Below are positions 50,834-61,557 of a DNA stretch of 61,557 bases, one piece after another. Position numbers and translations under genes: made by a program. Numbering within the stretch: position 1 is the first letter of the stretch; the number at the start of each line of letters is the position of its first letter. The stretch comes from an uncultured Syntrophobacteraceae bacterium (GTDB lineage Bacteria; Desulfobacterota; Binatia; UBA9968): NCBI GenBank assembly GCA_964482425.1, contig CAYZXN010000328.1:1-61557 (forward strand), in the 5' to 3' direction. The notes under the pieces were generated by a model that searched no databases, was not told where the DNA came from, and was given only the letters and a program-made list of their open reading frames with translations.

Positions 50834-53800
50834 ATGGAAGATTTATTTAATTTGTTTGAGAAACCGAAGAATCCGTTAAGTTTTAATGCCATTCGCGTGT
50901 CGGTGGCATCGCCGGAGAAAGTCCGGTCCTGGTCCCATGGCGAGGTTAAAAAACCAGAGACTATAAACTACCGAACGTTCAAGCCCGAACGCGATGGCTT
51001 GTTCTGTGCGAAGATCTTCGGTCCGACAAAAGATTACGAGTGCAATTGCGGCAAGTACAAACGGATGCGCCATCGAGGCGTCGTTTGCGAGAAATGCGGC
51101 GTGGAAGTGATCCAGTCCAAGGTTCGGCGGGAACGGATGGGTCACATCGAACTGGCCACACCGGTTGTTCATATCTGGTTTCTCAAAAGTCTGCCGAGCC
51201 GTATCGGAGCATTGCTCGACATGTCCCTCAAAGACATCGAGAAAGTTCTTTATTTTGAATCCTACATTGTAATCGATCCGGGAGAGACCCCGCTGCAGTA
51301 TAAGGAACTGCTGACGGAAGTCCGTTACCGCAAGGCGATGGAGGAGTTTGGTGGCAGGTTCAGCGCCGAAATGGGCGCCGAGGCCGTCCGGAAGATTCTT
51401 AAAGCCGTCGACGTGGTAAAACTCTCTGAAGAACTACGACAGGAGATGCGTGACGCCAATTCCGAAGTTCGCCGTAAGAAGCTGGCAAAGCGGCTGAAGG
51501 TTCTTAATGCTTTTAGAAGCTCGGGTAATCGACCCGAGTGGATGGTTATGGAAGTTGTCCCGGTCATCCCTCCCGATCTAAGGCCTCTTGTTCCTCTTGA
51601 TGGTGGGCGTTTTGCGACCTCCGATCTAAACGACCTCTACAGGCGCGTCATCAACCGGAATAATCGTCTCAAGCGACTCATGGAGCTGAGTGCCCCAGAT
51701 ATGATCATCCGTAATGAAAAGCGCATGTTGCAGGAGGCCGTCGACGCGTTGTTCGATAACGGCCGGCGCGGTCGGGCCATTACCGGCCAGAATCGACGCC
51801 CACTCAAATCTTTGAGCGACATGCTTAAAGGAAAAACCGGTCGTTTTCGGCAAAACCTACTCGGCAAGCGCGTCGACTATTCCGGCCGTTCGGTTATCGT
51901 CGTTGGCCCGGAGCTACGTCTGCACCAGTGCGGCTTGCCGAAGAAGATGGCCTTGGAGCTCTTCAAACCGTTCATTTACAACAAATTGGAAGAGCGCGGG
52001 TTCGTGACCACTATAAAGAGCGCAAAGAAAATGGTCGAAAAAGAACGCCCCGAAGTGTGGGATATTCTTGATGAAGTCATCCGAGAACACCCGGTTATGT
52101 TGAACCGCGCTCCGACTTTGCACCGCCTCGGGATCCAGGCTTTCGAGCCCATTTTAATCGAAGGCAAGGCCATCCAGCTTCATCCGCTTGTTTGTGCCGC
52201 CTATAACGCGGACTTTGACGGCGATCAGATGGCGGTTCACGTTCCTCTTTCGGTAGAGGCCCAGGTTGAAGCGCGGGCTCTTATGATGTCGACCAATAAT
52301 ATTCTGTCGCCAGCCAACGGTAAGCCGATTATTGTGCCGACGCAGGATATCGTCTTGGGTCTTTACTATATGACCCGTGACCGCTTCCAGGCCAAAGGGT
52401 CTGGGCGTATTTTCAGCAGTCCCACTGAAGTTCGGATCGCGTACGATCAAGGCGAGATGGATATTCAGGCTCAGATCACTGTACGCATCAACGGCGAGCG
52501 CGTTGAGACGACCGTAGGCCGGATTCTCGTCTACGAGGTGGTGCCCTCGGTGATCCCCTTTAAGGAGGTTAATCGAGTACTGAAGAAAAAGGAGTTGGCT
52601 AATCTTATCGACATTAGCTACCGGTTGGCCGGTAACAAGGCTACGGTAATTCTCGCAGATCGATTGAAAGATATAGGCTATCGTCACGCCACCAAAGCTG
52701 GCATTTCTATCGCGATCAAGGACATGGTGATTCCGCCCAATAAAGAGGTTCTGTTGAAGAGTGCTCACGAAGATGTACGGGAGATCGAGGAGCAGTATAA
52801 AAACGGCCTTATTACCGACGGCGAGCGCTACAACAAGGTGGTCGACATTTGGGCCGAGGTGACGGATCGGATCGCTGATGAGATGCTGCGCGACCTTGGA
52901 ACAGAGAAAATCACAGATGAGTCCGGGCGTGAGGTTTCAATACCGAGCTTTAATCCGATTTTTATGATGGCTGACTCCGGTGCACGTGGAAGCGCGCAGC
53001 AGATCCGCCAACTGGCGGGTATGCGTGGCTTGATGGCTAAGCCCTCGGGAGAAATCATCGAGACGCCGATAACAGCCAACTTCCGTGAGGGTCTGACGGT
53101 TTTGCAGTATTTCATCTCCACCCACGGCGCCCGCAAGGGATTGGCGGATACGGCGCTTAAGACGGCCAATTCAGGTTATTTGACCAGGCGGCTTGTCGAT
53201 GTGGCCCAGGACTCGGTCATTTCCGATCCCGACTGCGGCGCTATGGACGGCATCGAAATCACGCCGTTAATGGAAGGCGGCGAAATCATCGAGCCGTTGG
53301 GCGATCGCGTACTCGGCCGGGTTGCGCTTGAAGATGTGCGCGATCCTTTTTCCGGCGATGTCATTGTCAAAGCTAATCAGGAAATCGATGAAGACTTGGT
53401 GCAGCGCATTGAAGACGCCGGTTTGGAGCGCATCAAGATTCGTTCTGTTCTGACCTGCCAGTCGAAGCGAGGTGTGTGCGTGATGTGTTACGGTCGCGAT
53501 CTCGGCAGAGGCCATATGGTCAATCACGGCGAGGCGATTGGTGTCATTGCCGCGCAATCCATTGGTGAACCCGGCACCCAGCTGACGATGCGTACTTTCC
53601 ACATTGGCGGCACGGCGAGCCGAAGAGCCGAGCAAACAACTCTTGAATCCCGCAATGAAGGTCATGTCAAGTTGATCAACGTGAGCACTGTCAAAAACAA
53701 GGACGGTGATTTGGTGGTAATGAATCGGAACGGGGAGCTGGCAATCGTGGATTATCCCGAGGGGGAGAAAGGCCGAGAGCGCGAGAGAGAACGCTATCCG

Positions 53801-54958
53801 GTCGTTTACGGAGCCAAGCTGAAAAAGAAGGACGGCGAAAAGATTAAAGCCGGGGAACTGATCGCAGAGTGGGATCCCTACACTATTCCAATCTTGACTG
53901 AAATGAGCGGTGTGGTGAAGTATGGCGATGTCATCGAAGCGGTCACGATGGAAGAAAAGGTCGATGAGCGCACCGGGTTATCCACCAAGGTTATCATTGA
54001 CTCTAAAGATGTTGACAAGCGGCCGCGGGTCTCCATCAAGGATGACGGTGGACAGACGGCACGGCTGTCGGCGACCTCGGAAGCGCGCTATCTGCTTCCT
54101 GTAGGCGCGCATATCAACGTTCAAGAAGGTCAGACGGTCTATGCCGGAGACGCGATCGCCAAAATTCCGCGCGAGACCACAAAAACCAAAGACATCACCG
54201 GCGGTTTGCCGCGTGTCGCTGAATTGTTCGAAGCCCGCAAACCCAAGGAGTTCGCAGTCATTAGCGAAATCGATGGAACGGTATCGTTCGGCAAGGATAC
54301 CAAGGGTAAACGTAAAGTGGTTGTGACCCCTGAAGTGGGCGAGCCGCGCGAGTATCTGATTCCCAAGGGCAAGCATATCAGCGTGCACGAGACCGACCGC
54401 ATTCGTGCAGGCGAAGCCCTCATGGACGGCTCTTCAAATCCGCATGACATTCTCAACATCCTCGGGGAGAAGGCGCTGGCAAAATACCTGGTCGACGAGG
54501 TTCAAGAGATCTATCGCCTGCAGGGCGTGCGGATCAATGATAAGCATATCGAGGTTATCGTAAGACAAATGTTGCGGCGCGTTCGAATCAAAGAGGTTGG
54601 CGACACCGAATTTTTGTTGGGCGATCAGGTAGAGAAATGGCGCTTTGAGGAAGAGAACCAACGGGCTATTGCGGCAAACGGCAAGCCCGCCGTCGCTGAA
54701 CCATTGCTACTGGGGATTACCAAGGCGTCGCTCTCTACGGAAAGCTTTATTTCCGCAGCTTCGTTCCAAGAGACGACCAAAGTTCTGACGGAGGCTGCAA
54801 TTCACGGCAAAATCGATCTTCTTTGCGGACTCAAAGAAAACGTGATTATGGGGCGCCTGATTCCGGCAGGGACGGGGGTCGCTAGATATACCAAGGCGGA
54901 GATCGAAATTGATGCGCCTGAGGAATTCGAAGATATTTCGCAAGCGGCCGAGGCGTAG
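50834..54958 (+). CDS. rpoC: DNA-directed RNA polymerase subunit beta'
   Basis: About 1374 aa. Zinc-binding [20 protein letters not shown] and catalytic [15 protein letters not shown] 50834 follows GGAGGTGG. Confidence 0.99.
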   Translation: MEDLFNLFEKPKNPLSFNAIRVSVASPEKVRSWSHGEVKKPETINYRTFKPERDGLFCAKIFGPTKDYECNCGKYKRMRHRGVVCEKCGVEVIQSKVRRERMGHIELATPVVHIWFLKSLPSRIGALLDMSLKDIEKVLYFESYIVIDPGETPLQYKELLTEVRYRKAMEEFGGRFSAEMGAEAVRKILKAVDVVKLSEELRQEMRDANSEVRRKKLAKRLKVLNAFRSSGNRPEWMVMEVVPVIPPDLRPLVPLDGGRFATSDLNDLYRRVINRNNRLKRLMELSAPDMIIRNEKRMLQEAVDALFDNGRRGRAITGQNRRPLKSLSDMLKGKTGRFRQNLLGKRVDYSGRSVIVVGPELRLHQCGLPKKMALELFKPFIYNKLEERGFVTTIKSAKKMVEKERPEVWDILDEVIREHPVMLNRAPTLHRLGIQAFEPILIEGKAIQLHPLVCAAYNADFDGDQMAVHVPLSVEAQVEARALMMSTNNILSPANGKPIIVPTQDIVLGLYYMTRDRFQAKGSGRIFSSPTEVRIAYDQGEMDIQAQITVRINGERVETTVGRILVYEVVPSVIPFKEVNRVLKKKELANLIDISYRLAGNKATVILADRLKDIGYRHATKAGISIAIKDMVIPPNKEVLLKSAHEDVREIEEQYKNGLITDGERYNKVVDIWAEVTDRIADEMLRDLGTEKITDESGREVSIPSFNPIFMMADSGARGSAQQIRQLAGMRGLMAKPSGEIIETPITANFREGLTVLQYFISTHGARKGLADTALKTANSGYLTRRLVDVAQDSVISDPDCGAMDGIEITPLMEGGEIIEPLGDRVLGRVALEDVRDPFSGDVIVKANQEIDEDLVQRIEDAGLERIKIRSVLTCQSKRGVCVMCYGRDLGRGHMVNHGEAIGVIAAQSIGEPGTQLTMRTFHIGGTASRRAEQTTLESRNEGHVKLINVSTVKNKDGDLVVMNRNGELAIVDYPEGEKGRERERERYPVVYGAKLKKKDGEKIKAGELIAEWDPYTIPILTEMSGVVKYGDVIEAVTMEEKVDERTGLSTKVIIDSKDVDKRPRVSIKDDGGQTARLSATSEARYLLPVGAHINVQEGQTVYAGDAIAKIPRETTKTKDITGGLPRVAELFEARKPKEFAVISEIDGTVSFGKDTKGKRKVVVTPEVGEPREYLIPKGKHISVHETDRIRAGEALMDGSSNPHDILNILGEKALAKYLVDEVQEIYRLQGVRINDKHIEVIVRQMLRRVRIKEVGDTEFLLGDQVEKWRFEEENQRAIAANGKPAVAEPLLLGITKASLSTESFISAASFQETTKVLTEAAIHGKIDLLCGLKENVIMGRLIPAGTGVARYTKAEIEIDAPEEFEDISQAAEA

Positions 54959-54962
54959 GCTT

Positions 54963-54991
54963 TTGACAAGGTGGAGTTAATTTGTTAGTTA
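54963..54991 (+). promoter_or_regulatory. candidate sigma70-type promoter of the rpsL operon (TTGACA-17-TAGTTA)
   Basis: TTGACA 54963-54968 and TAGTTA 54986-54991. Lies in the 100-nt rpoC-rpsL spacer. Confidence 0.45.
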
Positions 54992-55058
54992 AAATGGTTT
55001 CCCAATAATGTCGTCGTAGTTAACCATCACAGATTCGATTGAGTGATAGAACACACGT

Positions 55059-55902
<844 letters not shown>

Positions 55903-55918
55903 GTTAACGAAATATTTG

Positions 55919-55952
55919 AAAAAAGGAGGCGGTAGATCCGCCTCCTTTTTTT
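55919..55952 (+). terminator. strong terminator-like hairpin between rpsG and fusA (possible attenuator)
   Basis: AAAAAAGGAGGCGG-tagat-CCGCCTCCTTTTTTT. An 8 GC-rich bp core flanked by an A6/T7 tract. Coordinates were calibrated from the rpsG stop (55900-55902) and the fusA ATG (55966). Confidence 0.6.
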
Positions 55953-55965
55953 CCGGTAATAAATA

Positions 55966-58062
55966 ATGGCAAGAACGGTCTCCCTAGAAAAAACCCGCAA
56001 TATAGGCATCATGGCCCATATTGATGCGGGAAAAACGACGACCACCGAGAGGATCCTCTATTACACGGGGATCAATTACAAAATCGGCGAGGTCCACGAA
56101 GGCACAGCCACGATGGACTGGATGGTCCAGGAGCAGGAGCGCGGCATTACCATAACTTCCGCGGCCACTACTTGCCTGTGGCGCGATCACCGTATCAACA
56201 TCATCGACACCCCTGGACACGTTGATTTCACCATTGAGGTGGAGCGTTCGCTGCGGGTTTTGGATGGCGCAGTCGGGGTGTTCTGTTCAGTGGGAGGCGT
56301 CGAACCGCAGACCGAAACCGTCTGGCGTCAGGCCGACAAGTATCGAGTGCCACGCATCGCCTTCGTTAATAAAATGGACCGGCTCGGCGCTGACTTTTTC
56401 AGGGTCGTTGAAATGATCAAGGAGCGTCTGGGTGCGCGTCCAATTCCGCTCCAGTTGCCGGTCGGAGCTGAGGACAAATTCGTCGGCATAATCGATTTGG
56501 TTAGGATGAAGGCGGTAGTTTGGGAGGACGAGAGCCTCGGCGCCAAGTTTCGTGACGAGGCGATTCCCGAAGATATGGCAGAACTCGCCGCTGAATACCG
56601 GGACAAGTTGCTTGAGGCCGTGTCTGATTGCGACGAATCCATAATGGAGAAGTATTTGGAGGGGAGGCCGGTTAGCGAGCCGGAACTCGTCCGCGCAATC
56701 AGGAGCGCGACCCTTGGTATTAAGATCATTCCGGTCATGTGTGGCTCGGCGTTTCGCAATAAGGGCGTGCAGCCCCTGCTTGACTCCGTCGTGGATTATT
56801 TGCCTTCACCGCTCGACATCCCACCGGTTAAAGGGGTTGATCCGGATACTCAAGCACCGGACGAGCGACCCCCGAGGGATGATGCACCATTTTCAGCGCT
56901 GGCCTTCAAGATCATGACGGATCCGTTTGTCGGCACACTGAGTTTCTTCAGAGTCTATTCCGGCTCCTTGCCGTCCGGCGCAAGCGTTTATAATTCGACT
57001 AAGAGTAAACGGGAGAGGATCGGACGGCTCCTCAAAATGCACGCCAACAAGCGTGAAGAGATCAAAGAGGTTTATGCCGGCGATATCGCCGCTGCAGTCG
57101 GACTGAGAACTGCGACCACCGGCGATACCTTATGCGACGAGAATGACCCTATCGTCCTGGAATCCATTGAGTTTCCTGAACCGGTTATCTCCATCGCCAT
57201 CGAGCCGAAAAGTAAGGCCGATCAGGAGAAGCTTGGGCTCTCGCTGCAAAAGTTGGCTACTGAAGATCCGTCCTTTCGCGTGCGTACTGACGAGGAAACC
57301 GGACAGACGATTATTTCGGGCATGGGTGAGCTTCATCTCGAAATCATTGTCGATCGTTTGCTGCGCGAATTCAATGTCGGTGCGAATGTTGGCAAGCCGC
57401 AGGTCGCGTACAAGGAAACGGTTCGAAAGGCCGTCGAACAGCAGGGGAAGTTCATCCGCCAAACGGGCGGTCGCGGCCAATACGGCGACGTATGGATCAA
57501 GTTGGAACCGCAAGCGGCCGGAACCGGATTTGAATTCGTCGATGCCATAAAAGGCGGCGCGATACCACGCGAGTACATTCCGGCGGTGGAAAAGGGCGTT
57601 AAGGAGGCCACTGAGAACGGAGCATTGGCCGGCTATCCGATCGTCGATGTCAAAGTTACATTGTTCGACGGTAGCTATCATGACGTGGACTCTTCGGAAA
57701 TCGCTTTCAAGATCGCAGGCTCCATGGCTTTCAAAGAAGCCGCGCGCAAGGCGAACCCAGTCCTGCTTGAGCCAATTATGTCGGTGGAAGTAGTGGTGCC
57801 CGAGGATTTCATGGGCGACGTGATTGGAGACCTTAACTCGCGACGCGGCAAGGTTCTGGGGATGGACACGCGACCGGCGGCCCAAGCCATCGACGCACGG
57901 GTACCGTTGGCGCAGATGTTCGGTTATGCCACGGACCTTCGTTCCATGACACAGGGCAGAGCAACTTACACCATGCAGTTTTCCCATTATGAGCCTGTTC
58001 CCGCCAACGTCGCCGAGGGGATCATTGCCAAATTGGATGGCAAGTCGGATGAGAGCAAATGA
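55966..58062 (+). CDS. fusA: elongation factor G
   Basis: 698 aa. Contains [28 protein letters not shown] and NKMD. Confidence 0.99.
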   Translation: MARTVSLEKTRNIGIMAHIDAGKTTTTERILYYTGINYKIGEVHEGTATMDWMVQEQERGITITSAATTCLWRDHRINIIDTPGHVDFTIEVERSLRVLDGAVGVFCSVGGVEPQTETVWRQADKYRVPRIAFVNKMDRLGADFFRVVEMIKERLGARPIPLQLPVGAEDKFVGIIDLVRMKAVVWEDESLGAKFRDEAIPEDMAELAAEYRDKLLEAVSDCDESIMEKYLEGRPVSEPELVRAIRSATLGIKIIPVMCGSAFRNKGVQPLLDSVVDYLPSPLDIPPVKGVDPDTQAPDERPPRDDAPFSALAFKIMTDPFVGTLSFFRVYSGSLPSGASVYNSTKSKRERIGRLLKMHANKREEIKEVYAGDIAAAVGLRTATTGDTLCDENDPIVLESIEFPEPVISIAIEPKSKADQEKLGLSLQKLATEDPSFRVRTDEETGQTIISGMGELHLEIIVDRLLREFNVGANVGKPQVAYKETVRKAVEQQGKFIRQTGGRGQYGDVWIKLEPQAAGTGFEFVDAIKGGAIPREYIPAVEKGVKEATENGALAGYPIVDVKVTLFDGSYHDVDSSEIAFKIAGSMAFKEAARKANPVLLEPIMSVEVVVPEDFMGDVIGDLNSRRGKVLGMDTRPAAQAIDARVPLAQMFGYATDLRSMTQGRATYTMQFSHYEPVPANVAEGIIAKLDGKSDESK

Positions 58063-58367
58063 ACGAGAAAATCAGGATTCGACTAAAAGCGTATGACCAC
58101 CGAGTGCTTGATCAGTCGGTGGGAGAGATTGTGGAAACTGTTAGGCGCACCGGTGGAAGAGTGGCGGGTCCGATTCCTTTGCCTACGAGAATCGAGCGGT
58201 TCACCGTGAACCGCTCGCCCCATGTCGATAAAAAATCGCGGGACCAATTCGAGATACGGACGCATAAGCGACTGCTCGACATTCTGGAGCCGACCCAGCA
58301 GACGATCGATGCGTTGGGTAAGCTCGATATTGCTGCGGGTGTCGATGTCGAAATAAAGCTGCAGTAA
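58059..58367 (+). CDS. rpsJ: 30S ribosomal protein S10
   Basis: [16 protein letters not shown]...[21 protein letters not shown]. The ATG overlaps the fusA stop (ATGA). Confidence 0.98.
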   Translation: MNEKIRIRLKAYDHRVLDQSVGEIVETVRRTGGRVAGPIPLPTRIERFTVNRSPHVDKKSRDQFEIRTHKRLLDILEPTQQTIDALGKLDIAAGVDVEIKLQ

Positions 58368-58408
58368 GGAAAGTAAATTAACGACGCAGGCTTCGACTGG
58401 ATAAATTT

Positions 58409-59041
58409 ATGACTGGCCTTATCGGAAAAAAAATCGGCATGACGCAGTTTTACAATACTGACGGGAATGTATTGCCCGTTACCGTCATCGAGACCGGACC
58501 CTGTGTTGTGGTGCAGAAGAAGGAAACGTCAAAGGACGGTTACAACGCCTTACAAGTTGGTTTTGGAAACAAGAAAAATCAGCGTGTCAATAAAGCCCTC
58601 CAGGGACATATGGCCAAAGCCGGGAAAGGCGCATTCGCGGTTCTGAAGGAATTTCGCTCCGACGAGGTGGCCCAGTATCAAGTGGGACAAGAAATAAAAG
58701 TAGGCGATCTGTTTAAAGCCGGCGACCTCATCGATGTTTCCGGTGTATCCAAGGGCCATGGCTTTTCCGGTGTCATCAAGAGATGGTCGTTTGCGGGTTT
58801 TCCAGGATCTCACGGTACCCATGAATACTTCAGGCACGGCGGGTCGATTGGTAATCGATCGTATCCCGGCCGGGTTCGTAAGGGTAAGAAAATGGCCGGC
58901 CATTGGGGCAACGAGAATATTTCGATTCAAAACTTGGAAGTTATTGCTGTCCGCGCCGACGAAAATTTGCTTCTGGTTAAAGGAGCTGTTCCGGGCGCCA
59001 AGCGGGGTGTGGTCATACTACGGCGGGCGGTGAAGGGATAA
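58409..59041 (+). CDS. rplC: 50S ribosomal protein L3
   Basis: [11 protein letters not shown]...[11 protein letters not shown]. Confidence 0.98.
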   Translation: MTGLIGKKIGMTQFYNTDGNVLPVTVIETGPCVVVQKKETSKDGYNALQVGFGNKKNQRVNKALQGHMAKAGKGAFAVLKEFRSDEVAQYQVGQEIKVGDLFKAGDLIDVSGVSKGHGFSGVIKRWSFAGFPGSHGTHEYFRHGGSIGNRSYPGRVRKGKKMAGHWGNENISIQNLEVIAVRADENLLLVKGAVPGAKRGVVILRRAVKG

Positions 59042-59046
59042 ACGCC

Positions 59047-59643
59047 ATGGAAGTTCATATAGCCCAACCCAAACTCAATGAGCAGATTTTCGGCGTCAAA
59101 ACGCGCCCCCATCTTTTGCACCAGACGGTCGTCATGCAGTTGAGAAATCGCCGCGCCGGTACAGCGTCGACGAAATCAAAAGGCATGGTGCGCGGCGGCG
59201 GTAAGAAGCCGTGGCGCCAGAAAGGAACCGGGCGCGCGCGCTCAGGTAGTATCCGCTCGCCGATATGGGTAGGCGGAGGTACGATTTTCGGTCCCCAGCC
59301 ACGCGACTATTCCTTTCGTATGCCACGTCGGGCCCGGCGCGAGGCTTTACTGTCGGCGTTGAGCCTCAAGAATCACGAAGGAAAGCTCATCGTGCTCGAC
59401 AAGCTTGAGCTTGAAGAAGCTAAAACCAAGCTCATGGCACGGGCCCTGGCTGAGCTTAAGGTCGAGAGCGCGGTCATCGTTGTTTCTCAGCCCGTTGAGG
59501 TAATCGAGCGCGCGGCCCGCAATCTACCGAAGATCAAAGTGCTTCGAGTAGAAGGCTTGAACGTGTACGACCTTTTGCGTTACGAGCATTTGATCCTTAT
59601 GGAAAACGCCTTGGAGCTTTTAGAAAAGAGGTTGGCAGCATGA
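59047..59643 (+). CDS. rplD: 50S ribosomal protein L4
   Basis: GGGKKPWRQKGTGRARSGSIRSPIWVGGG. Confidence 0.97.
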   Translation: MEVHIAQPKLNEQIFGVKTRPHLLHQTVVMQLRNRRAGTASTKSKGMVRGGGKKPWRQKGTGRARSGSIRSPIWVGGGTIFGPQPRDYSFRMPRRARREALLSALSLKNHEGKLIVLDKLELEEAKTKLMARALAELKVESAVIVVSQPVEVIERAARNLPKIKVLRVEGLNVYDLLRYEHLILMENALELLEKRLAA

Positions 59644-59930
59644 GAGGGCCTCAAGAAATCATCAAGGCGCCTGTTATTTCGGAGAAAGGATCGCTGCTTG
59701 CAGAGACGGTGCAGCAAGTGCTGTTTAAGGTTCGACCCGACGCTAACAAAATCGAAGTAAAAAAGGCTATCGAGTCGCTTTTTAAGGTTAAAGTTGTAAA
59801 AGTCCGCATGGCGCGTTACCTGGGCAAAGTGCGGCGGGTTGGCAGGAACACCGGTCGTCGGCCGGAATGGAAAAAGGCATACGTGACGCTTCGCGAAGGC
59901 GACAAGATCGACTTCTTCGGCGCCGCATAG
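59640..59930 (+). CDS. rplW: 50S ribosomal protein L23
   Basis: 96 aa. Contains ISEKGSLL...[17 protein letters not shown] in the conserved position. Confidence 0.96.
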   Translation: MRGPQEIIKAPVISEKGSLLAETVQQVLFKVRPDANKIEVKKAIESLFKVKVVKVRMARYLGKVRRVGRNTGRRPEWKKAYVTLREGDKIDFFGAA

Positions 59931-59940
59931 AGAATCAAAG

Positions 59941-60768
59941 ATGGCGATTAAAACCTATAGACCCACATCCGCCGGGATGCGCTTTCGAACCGGACTTACG
60001 TTCGATGAAATTGCCAAAAAGCGGCCGGAGAAGGGACTGAGTAGGCCTTTGGGTCACAGCGGCGGCCGCAACAACACGGGCCGGGTGACAGCCGATCACC
60101 GGGGTGGTGGGCACAAGCGACTTTACCGCGTGATCGATTTCAAGCGCGACAAGAAGGGTGTGCCGGCGAAGGTCGAAAGCCTCGAGTACGATCCCAATCG
60201 CTCGGCGAACATCGCGCTGCTGTGTTACGCCGATGGTGAGCGCCGATATATTCTCGCTCCGGAACGGCTCAAGGTCGGCGATTCCGTGGTGGCGGGCGAC
60301 GATAACATCGATATTCAACCCGGCAATTCGCTGCCGCTCAAGTTCATACCGGTCGGAACTGTCGTTCACAACGTGGAACTGAGGATTGGCAAAGGTGGCC
60401 AATTGGCCCGGAGTGCGGGTTCCGGTATCCAACTGATGGCAAAGGAGGGCGCCTACGCCTTGCTTAAGCTTCCGTCGGGAGAACTGAGGAATGTTCTGGC
60501 CGCATGCCGTGCCACCGTGGGGCAGGTCGGCAACGCCGATCAAGAAAACGTCTCCTGGGGCAAAGCAGGACGCATGCGCTGGCTCGGGTTTCGGTCGACA
60601 ACGCGTGGCATCGCCAAGAACCCGGTCGATCATCCGCATGGCGGTGGCGAGGGTCGGTCGAAAGGCAATCACCCGATGACTCCGTGGGGTAAGCCGACCA
60701 AGGGATACAAAACCCGAAAAAATCATTCCGCTGACAAGTACATTGTGAAGCGGAGAAAGGCCAAATAA
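59941..60768 (+). CDS. rplB: 50S ribosomal protein L2
   Basis: [14 protein letters not shown]...[13 protein letters not shown]. Confidence 0.99.
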   Translation: MAIKTYRPTSAGMRFRTGLTFDEIAKKRPEKGLSRPLGHSGGRNNTGRVTADHRGGGHKRLYRVIDFKRDKKGVPAKVESLEYDPNRSANIALLCYADGERRYILAPERLKVGDSVVAGDDNIDIQPGNSLPLKFIPVGTVVHNVELRIGKGGQLARSAGSGIQLMAKEGAYALLKLPSGELRNVLAACRATVGQVGNADQENVSWGKAGRMRWLGFRSTTRGIAKNPVDHPHGGGEGRSKGNHPMTPWGKPTKGYKTRKNHSADKYIVKRRKAK

Positions 60769-60770
60769 CC

Positions 60771-61085
60771 ATGCCGCGTTCGATCAAAAAAGGGCCCTTT
60801 GTCGACGGCCATTTGGCCAAAAAGATTTCGACTATGAATGACTCCCGCCAGAAGCAAGTCGTTCGCACATGGTCGCGCCGATCCACGGTCACGCCCGAGA
60901 TGGTGGGGCACACCATTGGCGTGCACAACGGCAGAAAGTTTATCCCCGTGTTCATCTCCGAGAACATGGTTGGGCATAAACTGGGCGAGTTTTCTCCAAC
61001 GCGGACTTTTTTCGCTCACTCCGGAGACAAGAAAGGCGAATCGAGTCAGGCGGGATCAGCGCCGAGACAAGGCGGCGGCAGGTAG
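60771..61085 (+). CDS. rpsS: 30S ribosomal protein S19 (about 12-aa C-terminal extension)
   Basis: [12 protein letters not shown]...[13 protein letters not shown], then the extra tail [16 protein letters not shown]. Confidence 0.97.
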   Translation: MPRSIKKGPFVDGHLAKKISTMNDSRQKQVVRTWSRRSTVTPEMVGHTIGVHNGRKFIPVFISENMVGHKLGEFSPTRTFFAHSGDKKGESSQAGSAPRQGGGR

Positions 61086-61125
61086 GGCCCGGCGGGCGTA
61101 ACTCATAAAGGTTGGCGATTTAGAT

Positions 61126-61470
61126 ATGGAAGCGCGCGCGATCACAAAGTTCATCAGGCTCTCTCCGCGGAAGGTCCGTCTGGTAGTGGATCAAATTCGC
61201 GGAAAAGGCGTTGAGGAAGCCCTGAACATTTTAAAATTTACTCCGAAGCGTTCGGCCGGAATCGTTTCCAAAACTCTGCGCACGGCCGTCGCCAACGCCG
61301 AAAACACGCAGAGCGTCGATGTGGATCAGCTCTACGTGAAACAGGCGAAAGTCGATGAAGCCGGAATGTGGAAGCGGTTTACGCCGCGAGCCCAGGGCCG
61401 AGCAACGCGCATCCGTAAACGATTGAGTCACATCACCATTGTGCTCGATGAGCTGAGCGAGAGGAAGTAG
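61126..61470 (+). CDS. rplV: 50S ribosomal protein L22
   Basis: [27 protein letters not shown]...[13 protein letters not shown]. Confidence 0.97.
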   Translation: MEARAITKFIRLSPRKVRLVVDQIRGKGVEEALNILKFTPKRSAGIVSKTLRTAVANAENTQSVDVDQLYVKQAKVDEAGMWKRFTPRAQGRATRIRKRLSHITIVLDELSERK

Positions 61471-61474
61471 CCGT

Positions 61475-61557
61475 ATGGGTCAGAAAACGCATCCAAAAGT
61501 GTTTCGTCTCGGCGTGATCGAGACGTGGGACTCCAAATGGTACTCCCGGCACGACTA
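61475..61557 (+). CDS. rpsC: 30S ribosomal protein S3, N-terminal fragment (runs off the right window edge)
   Basis: [27 protein letters not shown]. Confidence 0.93.
   Translation, partial: MGQKTHPKVFRLGVIETWDSKWYSRHD

Noticed and set aside
60771-61085. S19 with a ~12-aa Gly/Ser/Ala-rich C-terminal extension, and Nth with N- and C-terminal extensions (22789..23565).
   Set aside because: Short lineage-specific tails on conserved proteins are frequent. No motif or function is suggested.

Overview
This 61.6-kb chromosomal window comes from a diderm (Gram-negative type) bacterium of moderate GC. LptF/LptG, an LpxL-family acyltransferase and a SurA-like chaperone support the diderm call. Finer taxonomy cannot be set from this window alone. 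The content is overwhelmingly core housekeeping. Left to right: an IS630-family transposase fragment cut by the window edge, and an MFS transporter. Then mfd, a surA-like gene, pdxA, a phosphomannomutase and a short uvrA homologue. Then an unusual Fe-S assembly cluster (iscS-like, A-type carrier, sufB, nifS-like, Rrf2 regulator). Then a small accessory-looking stretch: a hypothetical gene, an LpxL-family acyltransferase, a split TPP decarboxylase and a decayed pcm gene. Then ftsB, eno, nth, a TctC-type binding protein, cinA, pepF, an ornithine-cyclodeaminase-family gene, and a hypothetical gene plus DUF971. The rest is the classic tRNA-Leu/tig/clpP/clpX/lon/hup block, tRNA-Val/Asp, rplM-rpsI, lptGF, rlmB, and the tRNA(Thr-Tyr-Gly-Thr)-tuf-rpmG-tRNA-Trp-secE-nusG-rplKAJL-rpoBC-rpsLG-fusA-S10 operon array running off the right edge. 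I found 8 tRNAs and no rRNA or CRISPR array. I found no convincing new multi-gene system such as a defence or secretion system. The best leads are: (1) a 21/22-matching 22-bp inverted repeat that brackets exactly one gene (the OCD-family gene); (2) a UvrA homologue whose insertion domain is replaced by a 24-residue basic linker; (3) a hybrid ISC/SUF/NIF Fe-S locus with an orphan sufB; (4) a multiply disrupted pcm pseudogene behind a near-consensus promoter; (5) a strong terminator-like hairpin between rpsG and fusA. CDS coordinates follow the supplied ORF track, with starts refined by eye. RNA, repeat and regulatory coordinates were hand-mapped and cross-calibrated against track ORF translations, and may be off by 1-2 nt. 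All homology statements come from motif recognition by eye, not from database searches.
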